Source of the DNA: an uncultured Chloroflexia bacterium
GTDB lineage: Bacteria > Chloroflexota > Limnocylindria > Limnocylindrales > CSP1-4
Length of the DNA: 64,000 nucleotides
Direction of reading: 5' to 3'
Assembly (NCBI GenBank): GCA_963748625.1
Contig: CAVVJT010000004.1
Location: 544,001 to 608,000, forward strand
Positions within the stretch are counted from its first letter, which is position 1. Each line of letters opens with the position of its first letter. The notes under the pieces were generated by a model. It was given only the letters and a program-made list of their open reading frames with translations. It did no database searches and was not told the origin of the DNA. Shown piece by piece: positions 20,611-30,092 of this stretch. A program made the translations under genes and the position numbers.

Positions 20611-21768
20611 ATGACCGACAGCACCGACCGCGACACCCAGGCCGTCAACCCCCTCGCCGGCCTCTCCATCAAGCCCGTCGAGGCGCCCGCCGCAGCTCCC
20701 GCGGTCGCCGGCCTGTCGGCCCTGGCAGGCCTCGGCGGCATCGCGCCGATCGCCCCGATCGGCGACGTGGCTCCCGCGGACGCGGCGCCCGTGACTCCCG
20801 GCGCAGGCGGCGGCCGGACGGACAGCAAGGTGCTGATCATCGGTTCCGGGCCGGCCGGTCTCACCGCCGCCATCTACGCGGCGCGCGCGAACATGGAGCC
20901 GGTCGTCCTGGCGGGGTCGGCCCCCGGCGGCCAGCTGATGCTCACCTCCGAGATCGAGAACTACCCGGGCTTTCCCGACGGTATCGACGGCCCCGACCTG
21001 ATGGCCCGCTTCCGGGCCCAGGCGGAGCGCTTCGGCACCGTCTTCCACGATGTCGACATCGACAAGGTCGACCTGTCGTCCCGGCCGTTCCAGGCGTGGG
21101 CGCGCGGCATCAGGTACACGGGCCAGACGCTGATCATCGCCACGGGCGCGACGGCGCTGTGGCTGAACCTGGACTCCGAGCAGAAGCTCCGCGGCCGCGG
21201 CGTGTCGGCCTGCGCCACCTGTGACGGGTTCTTCTTCCGCGGCCGTGAGATCGCGGTGGTGGGCGGCGGCGACTCGGCGATGGAGGAGGCGAACTACCTC
21301 ACCCGCTTCGCCTCGAAGGTGCACCTGCTCCACCGGCGTGAGGGATTCCGGGCGTCGAAGATCATGATCGACCGGACGTACGCCAACCCCAAGATCGAGG
21401 TCCACACGAACACCGCGGTGGACGAGGTCCTGGGCGACGCCAAGGTGACCGGCCTGCGCCTGCGCAGCACCGTGGATGACTCGACCAGCGAGCTGCCGCT
21501 CGAGGGCCTGTTCATCGCCATCGGCCACAAGCCCAACACGGACGTGTTCAAGAACTGGCTCGAGACCGACGAGAAGGGCTACCTGCAGCAGCACGAGCAC
21601 ACGTACAGCCGGATCCCGGGCGTGTTCATCGCGGGCGACGTGGTGGACCACCGCTACCGCCAGGCGGTGACGGCCGCCGGCGATGGCGCACGGGCGGCGA
21701 TCGACGCCGAGCGCTGGCTGGAAGAGGTCGGCCTGGCCGAGCCGGAGCACGCAGCAACCGCCTCGTGA
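20611..21768 (+). CDS. trxB: Thioredoxin-disulfide reductase
   Basis: IIGSGPAG, GGQL, ENYPGF, SACATCDG, GGGDSAMEEA, YRQAVTAAGDG. Confidence 0.95.
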   Translation: MTDSTDRDTQAVNPLAGLSIKPVEAPAAAPAVAGLSALAGLGGIAPIAPIGDVAPADAAPVTPGAGGGRTDSKVLIIGSGPAGLTAAIYAARANMEPVVLAGSAPGGQLMLTSEIENYPGFPDGIDGPDLMARFRAQAERFGTVFHDVDIDKVDLSSRPFQAWARGIRYTGQTLIIATGATALWLNLDSEQKLRGRGVSACATCDGFFFRGREIAVVGGGDSAMEEANYLTRFASKVHLLHRREGFRASKIMIDRTYANPKIEVHTNTAVDEVLGDAKVTGLRLRSTVDDSTSELPLEGLFIAIGHKPNTDVFKNWLETDEKGYLQQHEHTYSRIPGVFIAGDVVDHRYRQAVTAAGDGARAAIDAERWLEEVGLAEPEHAATAS

Positions 21769-23789
21769 CCGGCCGCACGGGGGGCATGCGGACCCTCGCG
21801 CGCGAGTCGGGCGCCTCCTCGTCGGGGCGGATGGGCCCACGGGGCTCGCGTGATTTCACGCCCGTGCCCAAGGAGCGGCGGGGTGCCACCATCCGGCGGA
21901 TCGCGGCGTTCTTCGGGCCGTACCGCGCGAAGGTCGCCGTCGTCTTCGTCGCGATCATCGCGAGCAGCCTGATCGGCCTGGTCAACCCGCTGCTGCTCAA
22001 GGTGCTCATCGACGACGTCATCGTGGGCGGCCAGTACGACAAGCTGCTGCCGTACGTGGCGCTCATGATCGTGCTGCCGATCATCACGGGCCTCATCGGC
22101 GTCGGGCAGACGTATCTCAACAACGTCATCGGCCAGAACGTGATGCAGGACCTGCGCAATGCGCTCTACGCGCACCTGCAGTCGATGCCGCTGCGGTTCT
22201 TCACGGCCACCCGGACCGGCGAGATCCAGAGCCGGCTCGCGAACGACGTGGGCGGCGTCCAGGCGGTGGTGACCGACACCGCGTCGTCGATCACGCAGAA
22301 CCTGGCGGTCTCGATCTCCACGATCATCGCGATGTTCCTGCTGAGCTGGCAGCTGACGCTGCTCTCGCTGGGGATCCTGCCCTTCTTCCTGTACCTCACC
22401 TACCGTGTGGGCAAGATCCGCCGCGAGGTCTCCACCGAGACGCAGAAGGCGCTCGCCGAGATGAGCGCAGTGACCGAGGAGACGCTCTCGGTGTCAGGGA
22501 TCCTGCTGGGCAAGACGTTCGGGGCGCAGGAGCGGTCGGTGCAGAAGTTCCGCGGCCTGAACCTGTCGCTCGCGAAGCTGCAGATCCGCCAGGCCATGGT
22601 GGGCCGCTGGTTCTTCGCGGTGATCGGAACGATCTTCGCGATCATGCCGGCGTTCGTGTACTGGCTTGCAGGCTCGATGGCGGCCGCGGGCAACCCGGCC
22701 GCGCCGACCGCGGGCGACATCGTGGCCTTCACGACGCTCCAGTCGCGGCTGTTCTTCCCGATGGGCCAGCTGCTCAACGTGCAGGTGGAGATCCAGGGAT
22801 CGCTCGCGCTGTTCGATCGGATCTTCGAGTATCTGGACCTGGATCCCGAGATCCGCGATGCGCCTGGAGCGGTGGTGCTGGAGCCCGCGGCCGTGGCGGG
22901 TGCGGTCGCGTTCGAGGGTGTCGCGTTCGCCTACCCGCCCGAGCCGGTGGGCGAGTCGCCGGCCGATGACACCGAGGACGACGTCGAAGGCGACTTGGCC
23001 GAAGCCGACGCTGATGCCGGCGCCGATGAGAACACCGAGGAGATCGCGGCCGCGGTGCCGATGCCCCCGCCGTCGCCCTTCAACCTCGAGGACGTCTCGT
23101 TCGAGGCGCGCCCGGGCGAGCTGGTGGCCCTGGTCGGGCCGTCGGGCGCGGGCAAGACCACGACCACCTACCTGATCCCCCGCCTGTACGACGTGACCGC
23201 GGGCCGCGTGACGGTGGACGGCCACGACGTGCGCCAGGTCACGCTGGAGTCCCTGGGCCGGCTCATCGGGTTCGTGACCCAGGAGACGTACCTGTTCCAT
23301 GCGTCCATCCGCGAGAACCTGCTGTTCGCCAAGCCGGACGCGACCGACGCCGAGTTGCTGGCCGCCACGCAGGCGGCCGCCATGGCCGACCGGATCGCGG
23401 AGCTGCCCGCAGGCCTGGACACCATCGTCGGCGAGCGCGGCTACAAGCTCTCGGGCGGCGAGAAGCAGCGGATCGCGATCGCCCGCGTGCTGCTCAAGGA
23501 CCCACGAATCCTCATCCTCGACGAGGCGACGTCCTCGCTGGACACCGTGTCCGAGCGGCTGATCCAAGCGGCGCTCGCCCGCCTCACCGAGGGGCGGACG
23601 ACCATCGCGATTGCCCACCGCCTGTCCACGATCCTGCGCGCGGACCGGATCCTGGTCTTCGAGCGCGGCCGGATCGCCGAGCGCGGCACCCACCGCGAGC
23701 TGCTCGCGGCCGGAGGGCTGTATGCACGCCTGTACCACGAGCAGTTCGAGGCCGAGGCGGCGCAGCTGGCTGACCTCGGCGCGGTCTGA
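21765..23789 (+). CDS. ABC exporter, fused permease/ATP-binding (MsbA-like)
   Basis: TM domain, GPSGAGKT, LSGGEKQR, LILDEATS, IAHRLST. Confidence 0.92.
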   Translation: MTGRTGGMRTLARESGASSSGRMGPRGSRDFTPVPKERRGATIRRIAAFFGPYRAKVAVVFVAIIASSLIGLVNPLLLKVLIDDVIVGGQYDKLLPYVALMIVLPIITGLIGVGQTYLNNVIGQNVMQDLRNALYAHLQSMPLRFFTATRTGEIQSRLANDVGGVQAVVTDTASSITQNLAVSISTIIAMFLLSWQLTLLSLGILPFFLYLTYRVGKIRREVSTETQKALAEMSAVTEETLSVSGILLGKTFGAQERSVQKFRGLNLSLAKLQIRQAMVGRWFFAVIGTIFAIMPAFVYWLAGSMAAAGNPAAPTAGDIVAFTTLQSRLFFPMGQLLNVQVEIQGSLALFDRIFEYLDLDPEIRDAPGAVVLEPAAVAGAVAFEGVAFAYPPEPVGESPADDTEDDVEGDLAEADADAGADENTEEIAAAVPMPPPSPFNLEDVSFEARPGELVALVGPSGAGKTTTTYLIPRLYDVTAGRVTVDGHDVRQVTLESLGRLIGFVTQETYLFHASIRENLLFAKPDATDAELLAATQAAAMADRIAELPAGLDTIVGERGYKLSGGEKQRIAIARVLLKDPRILILDEATSSLDTVSERLIQAALARLTEGRTTIAIAHRLSTILRADRILVFERGRIAERGTHRELLAAGGLYARLYHEQFEAEAAQLADLGAV

Positions 23790-23867
23790 TCCCCGGGTTG
23801 CCGCTGCCGCCTCGCCGGACGTCACGCCGGCCGGCATGGCCACGTCTCACCGCCAAGGAGGCATCGA

Positions 23868-25367
23868 ATGCGGTCGGCTGCCGTCATGCTTGTCCTCGCT
23901 GCGGTCATCGCCACCGGGTGCGGCGAGACTGGGAAGCCACTGCAGTCCACCGCGACGTCCGCCAGTTCCGGGACGCTGCCGACCGCACCGGCGCAGCCCT
24001 CCGGCCCCCCGGCGCCGGCTGCCACACACGACCCTGGCGCTCCCTCCTTGACACCGGCGGCTACCGCCACGCCGCCGGTGTCTGCCACGTTGCTTCCACG
24101 TGGCAGGCTGCCACTCACCGGCCCATGGCGCGGGATCGGAGCCATCATGCTCGCTGCCGCCGGCGACGGCGGTCTGATCGCCGCGATCCCCGGGAGGAAG
24201 GGCACCACCCTGGTCGCGCTCGATGCGACTGGTGCGCCGAGGGCTGGCTGGCCGGTCGTGCTGGAAGACGCGGCCTGGTGCCACCATGTCCTCCCGGCCC
24301 CGGACGGGTCGATCCGGGTCGTGTGCTGGCCAACCTCGCCAGATCCGCAAGGCCCCGGAGTGCGCGACCAGCTCGCGTATGCGCTGGGTGCCGACGGGCG
24401 CCTGCTCCCGGGCTGGCCCGTCACCGTGCCCTACCCGCAGGCGGCGCGCGTCGTTGGGCGTGACCTCGTGCTCGCCAACGAGCGCTGGAGCAAGGGCCCG
24501 GCGACCAGCGAGCTCGGCTACTTCGACGCCGGCGATGACCTCGAGACCGGGTTCACCACGCGGGTGTCACCCACCGGAGCAGTCAGCGTGGGAGAGGATG
24601 TGCCCCTGCCAGCCACGTACGGGTGGCAGGTTGGACCGGACGGCACGATCTTCGTCTCGTACCAGGCGGATGAGAGTGGTGTTCTCGCGTTCTCCGACGA
24701 CGGCCTGCTGTGGGACAGGCTCGTCGTGGCCGACGGCTGGGTGTCGCCGCCGACGGTCGCCCCCGACGGTCGAGTGGTGGTGACCGCCGGGTGGGCCCGG
24801 AGGCTGACCCAGCTGCTCGCGCTGGATCCCAGCGACGGTCGGATCCTCGACCAGTCGCCCGACCTCCGCGTCAGGTCCGTCTACCACGACAGCAATTCCT
24901 GCCGGGTGGAGCCCCCCGCTCCAGTCGTGTCTGGCGATGGAACCGTGTACCTCGTGCTGGGGATGCAGGTCTACGCGTTCGACGCGGTCCTGCGGCGCCT
25001 TGGCGGCAAGCCGATCGACCTTCCGTGGTACCCGGCATCGGTAGGACTTCCGAGCGACGGTGATGGCCTCAGCTGCGAGGGCGGTGTGCTGCCGAGCGCC
25101 GGCAGGACGACGCTCAACGTCGCGCTGGACTCGGGAGATGCTGGAGGTTCGGTGGTCGCGGTCGACCGGGCGGGCCTCGTACCCGGGCGATGGCCGGTCA
25201 CACTGCGCCAGGAGGGTGCCGAGTTCTGGATCGTCGAGCCGCTGGATGACGGCGCGGTCGCCGCCCTTGCGGTCGAGCCGGAGGCCAAGGGCCGCTACTC
25301 GGCGACGATCCTCGGCCTCAGCGCGGCCGGCAAGGTCCGATACCGGACCATCGTCCTCGACCCGTAG
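23868..25367 (+). CDS. Putative lipoprotein with beta-propeller-like repeats
   Basis: AAGGAGG RBS, signal peptide with IATG-C lipobox, P/T/A-rich linker, recurring (G)WPV motifs. Confidence 0.65.
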   Translation: MRSAAVMLVLAAVIATGCGETGKPLQSTATSASSGTLPTAPAQPSGPPAPAATHDPGAPSLTPAATATPPVSATLLPRGRLPLTGPWRGIGAIMLAAAGDGGLIAAIPGRKGTTLVALDATGAPRAGWPVVLEDAAWCHHVLPAPDGSIRVVCWPTSPDPQGPGVRDQLAYALGADGRLLPGWPVTVPYPQAARVVGRDLVLANERWSKGPATSELGYFDAGDDLETGFTTRVSPTGAVSVGEDVPLPATYGWQVGPDGTIFVSYQADESGVLAFSDDGLLWDRLVVADGWVSPPTVAPDGRVVVTAGWARRLTQLLALDPSDGRILDQSPDLRVRSVYHDSNSCRVEPPAPVVSGDGTVYLVLGMQVYAFDAVLRRLGGKPIDLPWYPASVGLPSDGDGLSCEGGVLPSAGRTTLNVALDSGDAGGSVVAVDRAGLVPGRWPVTLRQEGAEFWIVEPLDDGAVAALAVEPEAKGRYSATILGLSAAGKVRYRTIVLDP

Positions 25368-25401
25368 GTCGGACCCACCGCCACCCTCGGGGCCACTCGG
25401 A

Positions 25402-25809
25402 TCAGCGGGCGCGCATCCGGTTGTTCTTCGGGTCGTGGGTGACCTCGGCGAGGCCGAGCGCCTCGAGCAGCGGCGGCATGTACACGCCGAAGCGGCCGCG
25501 GAAGCCCTTCTTGAGGCCGTACCAGCCGCCACGGGGGTTGTCGGCCGAGCGGCCCCAGGCCTCCACCGTCCCCTCGGCGGCCGGCTTCTGCTCGTCGGTG
25601 CCGCCGAGCGGAACCCAGTCGCCCTGCTCGCGCAGCCACGCGTGGAGCTCCACGATCGCGCGGGCGTCGTACAGGAGCTTCGTCGAGCCGACCTGGCAGA
25701 CGATGACCTGCGGATCGGCCGTGTCGTCGCGGAACATCGTGTACACGGACGTGCCGGGCGGCGTGGTGAGCTGCCAGGGGTCGTCCTTGGTGCCGGTGCC
25801 GGTGGCCAT
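25402..25809 (-). CDS. Conserved hypothetical protein (DUF6855-like)
   Basis: GTKDDPWQLTTPPG, DEQKPA, GGWYGLKKG..GRFG.Y.PP, NNRMRA recognised from memory; GGAGG RBS. Confidence 0.75.
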   Translation of the reverse strand: MATGTGTKDDPWQLTTPPGTSVYTMFRDDTADPQVIVCQVGSTKLLYDARAIVELHAWLREQGDWVPLGGTDEQKPAAEGTVEAWGRSADNPRGGWYGLKKGFRGRFGVYMPPLLEALGLAEVTHDPKNNRMRAR

Positions 25810-25976
25810 GTGCGCTGCCTCCCCGTGTGACGCCCCGGGACGGGCGGCGTCATCCCGCGGACCTTGCCACGCGGCGGCGTGGATGGCAATGCCAACGACC
25901 CGCAAGGCAATGCCACCCGCCTCGGGCAACCCCGGCCCGCTTCGGTTGGTCTGAGGCTCCCTGCGGCCAGGGCACG

Positions 25977-26136
25977 GTGCATCCGCAGCAATAGATCGGG
26001 GCCGGAATGGAGCGGCGATGCCTGCCCGGCATCGGGACGATGTCCGCGAGCCGGTTTCGGCATCGGATTCCGCTGTCAGCGTGCTCGAGGCGCATCGAGG
26101 CAGCGTCAGGATGCGAGACTATTGCTTCGCGCGCAC
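25977..26136. repeat. 160-bp element bounded by imperfect 18-bp inverted repeats (REP/MITE-like)
   Basis: GTGCATCCGCAGCAATAG (25977) vs CTATTGCTTCGCGCGCAC (26119), 14/18 paired; related motif at 1654 and 1807. Confidence 0.45.
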
Positions 26137-26160
26137 GCCGCGCTGCCGCCCAACAATCTG

Positions 26161-26199
26161 CTTGCATGGTTATGCATTGATGCTGTATAGTCATCCAGT
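26161..26199 (+). promoter_or_regulatory. Tandem ARG boxes overlapping the arg operon promoter
   Basis: TGCATGGTTATGCA (26163) and TGTATAGTCATCCA (26184), 21 bp apart; TTGCAT-N18-TATAGT. Confidence 0.85.
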
Positions 26200-26266
26200 G
26201 ACTTCGATCCGCCCGACCACCATGTGGTCCGTCCTGCCGCCGGAGAGCGGCCGAGCGCGCCAGTGA
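26198..26266 (+). CDS. Putative leaderless 22-aa upstream peptide (MTSIRPTTMWSVLPPESGRARQ)
   Basis: GTG 6 nt after the TATAGT -10; its TGA overlaps an in-frame argC GTG (GTGA). Confidence 0.45.
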   Translation: MTSIRPTTMWSVLPPESGRARQ

Positions 26267-27378
26267 GCGCGGGAACGGACACCACGGCGGTCGCGGCGGA
26301 CCGGGGCGCCCGTGCCCTCGTCGGCGGCGGGAAGGTCAAGGTCGCCATCGTCGGGGCCACCGGCTATGTCGGTTCGGAGCTGATCCGGCTCCTGGCGCTC
26401 CACCCCCACGTCGAGATTCACGGTCTGGTCGGGCGCGAGCGCAAGGGCGACCCCATCGCGCACATCCACCCGCACCTCGCCACGCGCGATCTCGAGGTCT
26501 GGGACCACGTCCCCGACGACGCCGAGGCGGTGTTCCTGGCTCTCCCTCACGGTGCGGTCGCCGGCCGCGTGCAGGAGTTCCTCGACCGCGGGCAGACCAT
26601 CGTCGACCTGGGGCCGGACTTCCGCTTCCGCGATCCCGCCGACTACCCGGCCTGGTACCACTTCGACCACCCCCGGCCCGAGCTGCTCCCCGCCGCCGTC
26701 TACGGCCTGCCGGAGCTGCATCGCGAGGAGCTCAAAGCCCTGGGCACGAAGCCCAGCGCCATCATCGGCGCGCCCGGCTGCTACGCCACCACCACGATCC
26801 TCTCGCTCACCCCGCTCGCGCGCGCCGGCCTCATCGCCGACGTCGTCGTGGACGCGAAGAGCGGGGTCTCCGGCGCCGGTCGCGACCCCAAGGCGGACCT
26901 CCACTTCGGCGAGGTCAACGAGAGCGTCAAGGCGTACGGCGTGTTCACCCACCGCCACATCGGCGAGATCGAGCAAGAGCTGCGGGGCCAGGCGCCCGCC
27001 CCGGACGCCAATCCCGGCGCTACCGGCATCGACTTCCTGCCCCACCTGGTCCCGATGACCCGCGGGATCCTCGCCTCCTGCCACGTCCGCCCGACCCGGC
27101 CCGTGACCCAGGACGAGCTCGACGCGCTGTTCGAGCAGGCCTATGGCGACGAGGGCTTTGTCTCCATCGTCCAGCACCCGCCCGCCACCAAGCACGTCAT
27201 GGGCTCCAACGAGTTCCGGGTCTTCGCGAAGGTGGACGAGCGGACCGGCCGGATCCTTGTCCTGGGCGTGCTGGACAACCTGGTGAAGGGGGCCGCGGGC
27301 CAGGCGATCCAGGCCTTCAACCTCGTCCATGGCCTGCCGGAGTCCGCGGGCCTCCTGCAGCTGCCCCTCGCGCCCTGA
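26263..27378 (+). CDS. argC: N-acetyl-gamma-glutamyl-phosphate reductase (start uncertain)
   Basis: VGATGYVG, FLALPHG, VYGLPE, PGCY, DAKSGVSGAGR, DNLVKGAAGQA. Confidence 0.95.
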   Translation: MSAGTDTTAVAADRGARALVGGGKVKVAIVGATGYVGSELIRLLALHPHVEIHGLVGRERKGDPIAHIHPHLATRDLEVWDHVPDDAEAVFLALPHGAVAGRVQEFLDRGQTIVDLGPDFRFRDPADYPAWYHFDHPRPELLPAAVYGLPELHREELKALGTKPSAIIGAPGCYATTTILSLTPLARAGLIADVVVDAKSGVSGAGRDPKADLHFGEVNESVKAYGVFTHRHIGEIEQELRGQAPAPDANPGATGIDFLPHLVPMTRGILASCHVRPTRPVTQDELDALFEQAYGDEGFVSIVQHPPATKHVMGSNEFRVFAKVDERTGRILVLGVLDNLVKGAAGQAIQAFNLVHGLPESAGLLQLPLAP

Positions 27379-27436
27379 CCGCCCTGCCGCCCTGCCGACC
27401 GACTGACCGAACCCAGCCCCAGCCCAGAGGCCGCCC

Positions 27437-28807
27437 ATGACCCCTGCCGATCCCCTGCTCGCCTCCTTGCCGTCGGACCTCCCCGCCGTCGAGCGTGCCG
27501 CGCGCATCCCGACGGGCTTCGTGGCCGCCGGCGCCACGGCCGGCATCAAGGCATCGGGCAACCCGGATTTCGCGCTGGTCGCTACGTCCGGCGGGCCTGC
27601 CCCTGCATCGGCGGTGTTCACGCCCAATCGCGTGGCTGCGGCACCCGTCCGGCTCTCGCGCGCCAACCTTCAGGCGACGGGCGGCTCGCAGGCGGCGGCA
27701 GGCTACGTGAAGGCCGTGATCGCCACCTCCGGCTCGGCCAACGCCGCGACCGGCCCTGCGGGCGACGCCGACCAGACGCTCATCGGGGAGTCTGTGGCAG
27801 AGGCGATGGGCACCACCCCGGTCCACGTGCTCCACCTCTCGACCGGCGTCATCGGGACGCGCCTCCCGGTGGACAAGGTCACCGCCACGATCGCGCGGGT
27901 CGCCCCGCTGCTCGCGGCCACCGATGACGCCCTGGAGGCTGCCGCGGTCTCGCTACGCACCACCGACTCCACGACGAAGATGGCCACGGTCACCGTCGAC
28001 GCCCCGGCGACCGCCGGCGGCACCACCACGATCACGGTCACCGGCATCTGCAAGGGCGTCGGCATGATCCACCCGCGCATGGCCACGATGCTCTCGATCG
28101 TGCTGACCGACGCGACGGCCTCCCCCGCGACCTTGCGCGAGCTCCTCCGCGCAGCGGCCGCCACCACCTGGGACCAGCTCTCGGTGGACGGCGACACCAG
28201 CACGAACGACTCGGTGTTCCTGCTCGCATCGGGGGCTGCGGGCGCTGCCTCCGCCGACGACGACCCCGCCGCCCGCGCGGCACTCGCCCAGGCGCTCACG
28301 GCCGTCGCCCGGGACCTCGCCCGCCAGCAGGCGCGCGACGGCGAGGGCGCCACGAGCCTGGTCACCTGCCAGGTCAGCGGCGCCGCCGACGACGCCGACG
28401 CGAGGGCTGTGGCCCGCGCCGTGATCTCGAGCTCCCTCGTCAAGGCCGCCATCCACGGCCGCGACGCGAACTGGGGCCGGATCGCCGGGGCTGCCGGCAA
28501 CGCCGTCACCGCGGAGGCCGCCATCCTCGAGGCGGCCGGGCTCGAGCCGGCCGAGGCCCAGGCCCGCGCCTGCCAGCCTGCCCGGGTGGACCCGGCCACC
28601 ATGCGCATCGCCATCGCGGGGCTCCTCGCCTACGACGGCCCGGCCGGCGGTCCGTCCGGCATCGACAAGGTGGCTGCGCGCGCGGCCATGGACACCGACG
28701 ACGTGCGCATCCGCGTCGACCTCGGCATCGGGAGCGGCACGGGCGAGGCGTTCGGCTGTCCCCTCACCGAGGGCTACGTCAAGGAGAACTCGGAGTACAC
28801 CACGTGA
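27437..28807 (+). CDS. argJ: Glutamate N-acetyltransferase / amino-acid acetyltransferase
   Basis: SGSANAATG, STGVIG, KGVGMIHPRMATML, VDGDTSTND, RDGEGAT, DANWGR. Confidence 0.95.
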   Translation: MTPADPLLASLPSDLPAVERAARIPTGFVAAGATAGIKASGNPDFALVATSGGPAPASAVFTPNRVAAAPVRLSRANLQATGGSQAAAGYVKAVIATSGSANAATGPAGDADQTLIGESVAEAMGTTPVHVLHLSTGVIGTRLPVDKVTATIARVAPLLAATDDALEAAAVSLRTTDSTTKMATVTVDAPATAGGTTTITVTGICKGVGMIHPRMATMLSIVLTDATASPATLRELLRAAAATTWDQLSVDGDTSTNDSVFLLASGAAGAASADDDPAARAALAQALTAVARDLARQQARDGEGATSLVTCQVSGAADDADARAVARAVISSSLVKAAIHGRDANWGRIAGAAGNAVTAEAAILEAAGLEPAEAQARACQPARVDPATMRIAIAGLLAYDGPAGGPSGIDKVAARAAMDTDDVRIRVDLGIGSGTGEAFGCPLTEGYVKENSEYTT

Positions 28808-29580
28808 GCGAGATCGTCGTCGTCAAGCTCGGCGGCACCACGCTCGCCGACCAGCAGCAGGTCCTCACCGAGGTCGCGAAGGTCGCGCGCAAGCGCCCGA
28901 TCGTGCTCGTCCACGGTGGCGGCAAGCGCATCTCCGAGTGGCTGGAGCGCATGGGCATCGAGACCCGCTTCGAGAACGGGCTGCGCATCACCGATCCGGC
29001 GGCGCTCGAGGTGGCAGCTGCGGTCCTGCGGGGCGTCGTCAACAGCGAGCTCGTGGCCGCCCTGCGCGATGCCGGCTGCGACGCCGTGGGCCTGTCCGGC
29101 GTGGACGGCGGCCTGCTCATCGGCCAGCGCGTCCCCGATGTCGGCCTCGTCGCCACCGTCACCGGGATCCGGCGCGACCTGCTCGACAGCCTCATGGTGG
29201 GCGGCCAGGTGCCCGTGGTGGCGCCACTCGCCCGCGACGAGGACGGTGTCGTCTGCAACGTCAACGCGGACGATGCCGCGGCGGGCATCGCGGCGGGCCT
29301 CGGCGCCCGCCAGCTGGTGCTCATGACCGACGTGGACGGCATCCGCGACGCCGCCGGCAACAAGCTCGACTCCATCACGCCCGAGCAGGCCGAGGCGCTG
29401 ATCTCCGACGGGATCATCCGCGGCGGCATGATCCCCAAGGTCAAGGCCGCCCTGTCGGCGCTGGCCTGGGAGGGCACCGAGGCCATCATCTCGGACGGCT
29501 CGGCCCCCGACGCCCTCGAGCGAAGCCTGTCCGACCCGACCTTCGGAACCCGTGTCTCGGCCACCGCGGCCGGGCGCTGA
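28804..29580 (+). CDS. argB: Acetylglutamate kinase
   Basis: VVKLGG, VHGGG, GLRIT, NVNAD, TDVDGI, GGMIPKV. Confidence 0.95.
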   Translation: MSEIVVVKLGGTTLADQQQVLTEVAKVARKRPIVLVHGGGKRISEWLERMGIETRFENGLRITDPAALEVAAAVLRGVVNSELVAALRDAGCDAVGLSGVDGGLLIGQRVPDVGLVATVTGIRRDLLDSLMVGGQVPVVAPLARDEDGVVCNVNADDAAAGIAAGLGARQLVLMTDVDGIRDAAGNKLDSITPEQAEALISDGIIRGGMIPKVKAALSALAWEGTEAIISDGSAPDALERSLSDPTFGTRVSATAAGR

Positions 29581-29590
29581 CGGAGCGGCC

Positions 29591-30092
29591 GTGGACGCCA
29601 CGAAGCGCGATCGCCACGCCGCCATCCGGCGCCTGGTGGTCGATCACCCGGTCGCCAGCCAGGGCGATCTCGTTGCCGAGCTCTCGGCGCTCGGCTTCAA
29701 GGCAACCCAGGCCACCGTCTCGCGCGACATTGCCGAGCTGGGTCTTGCGAAGGTGTCGCGCGGCGAGCGCAGCGTGTACGTCGTCCCCGAGGCGATCGTG
29801 GCGCCGCGGCAGCGCAACGACGAACGGCTCCGCCGGATCCTGTCCGATATCCCTGTGACGGTGGGCCGCAGCGGCCTCATCCTCGTCCTGACCGGCCAGC
29901 CCGGTACCGCCAACGTCATCGGCCAGGCCATCGACGAGGCCACCGTGCAGGAGCAGGTGGGCACCGTCGCCGGCGACAACACACTCATCGTCCTGTTCCC
30001 CGACGAGCCCGCCCTCCTGCGCTGGCTTGCCTGGTTCGAAATCGATCCGCGCGTCGGCCCAGCCGGCGCTCGCCATGGAGAGTCCTCGATGA
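29591..30092 (+). CDS. argR: Arginine repressor; probable +1 indel at 30039-30041 makes it read through into argG as assembled
   Basis: SQGDLV, TQATVSRDI, GTVAGDNT; removing one A gives ...FESIRASAQPALAMESPR* with an ATGA overlap on argG. Confidence 0.9.
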
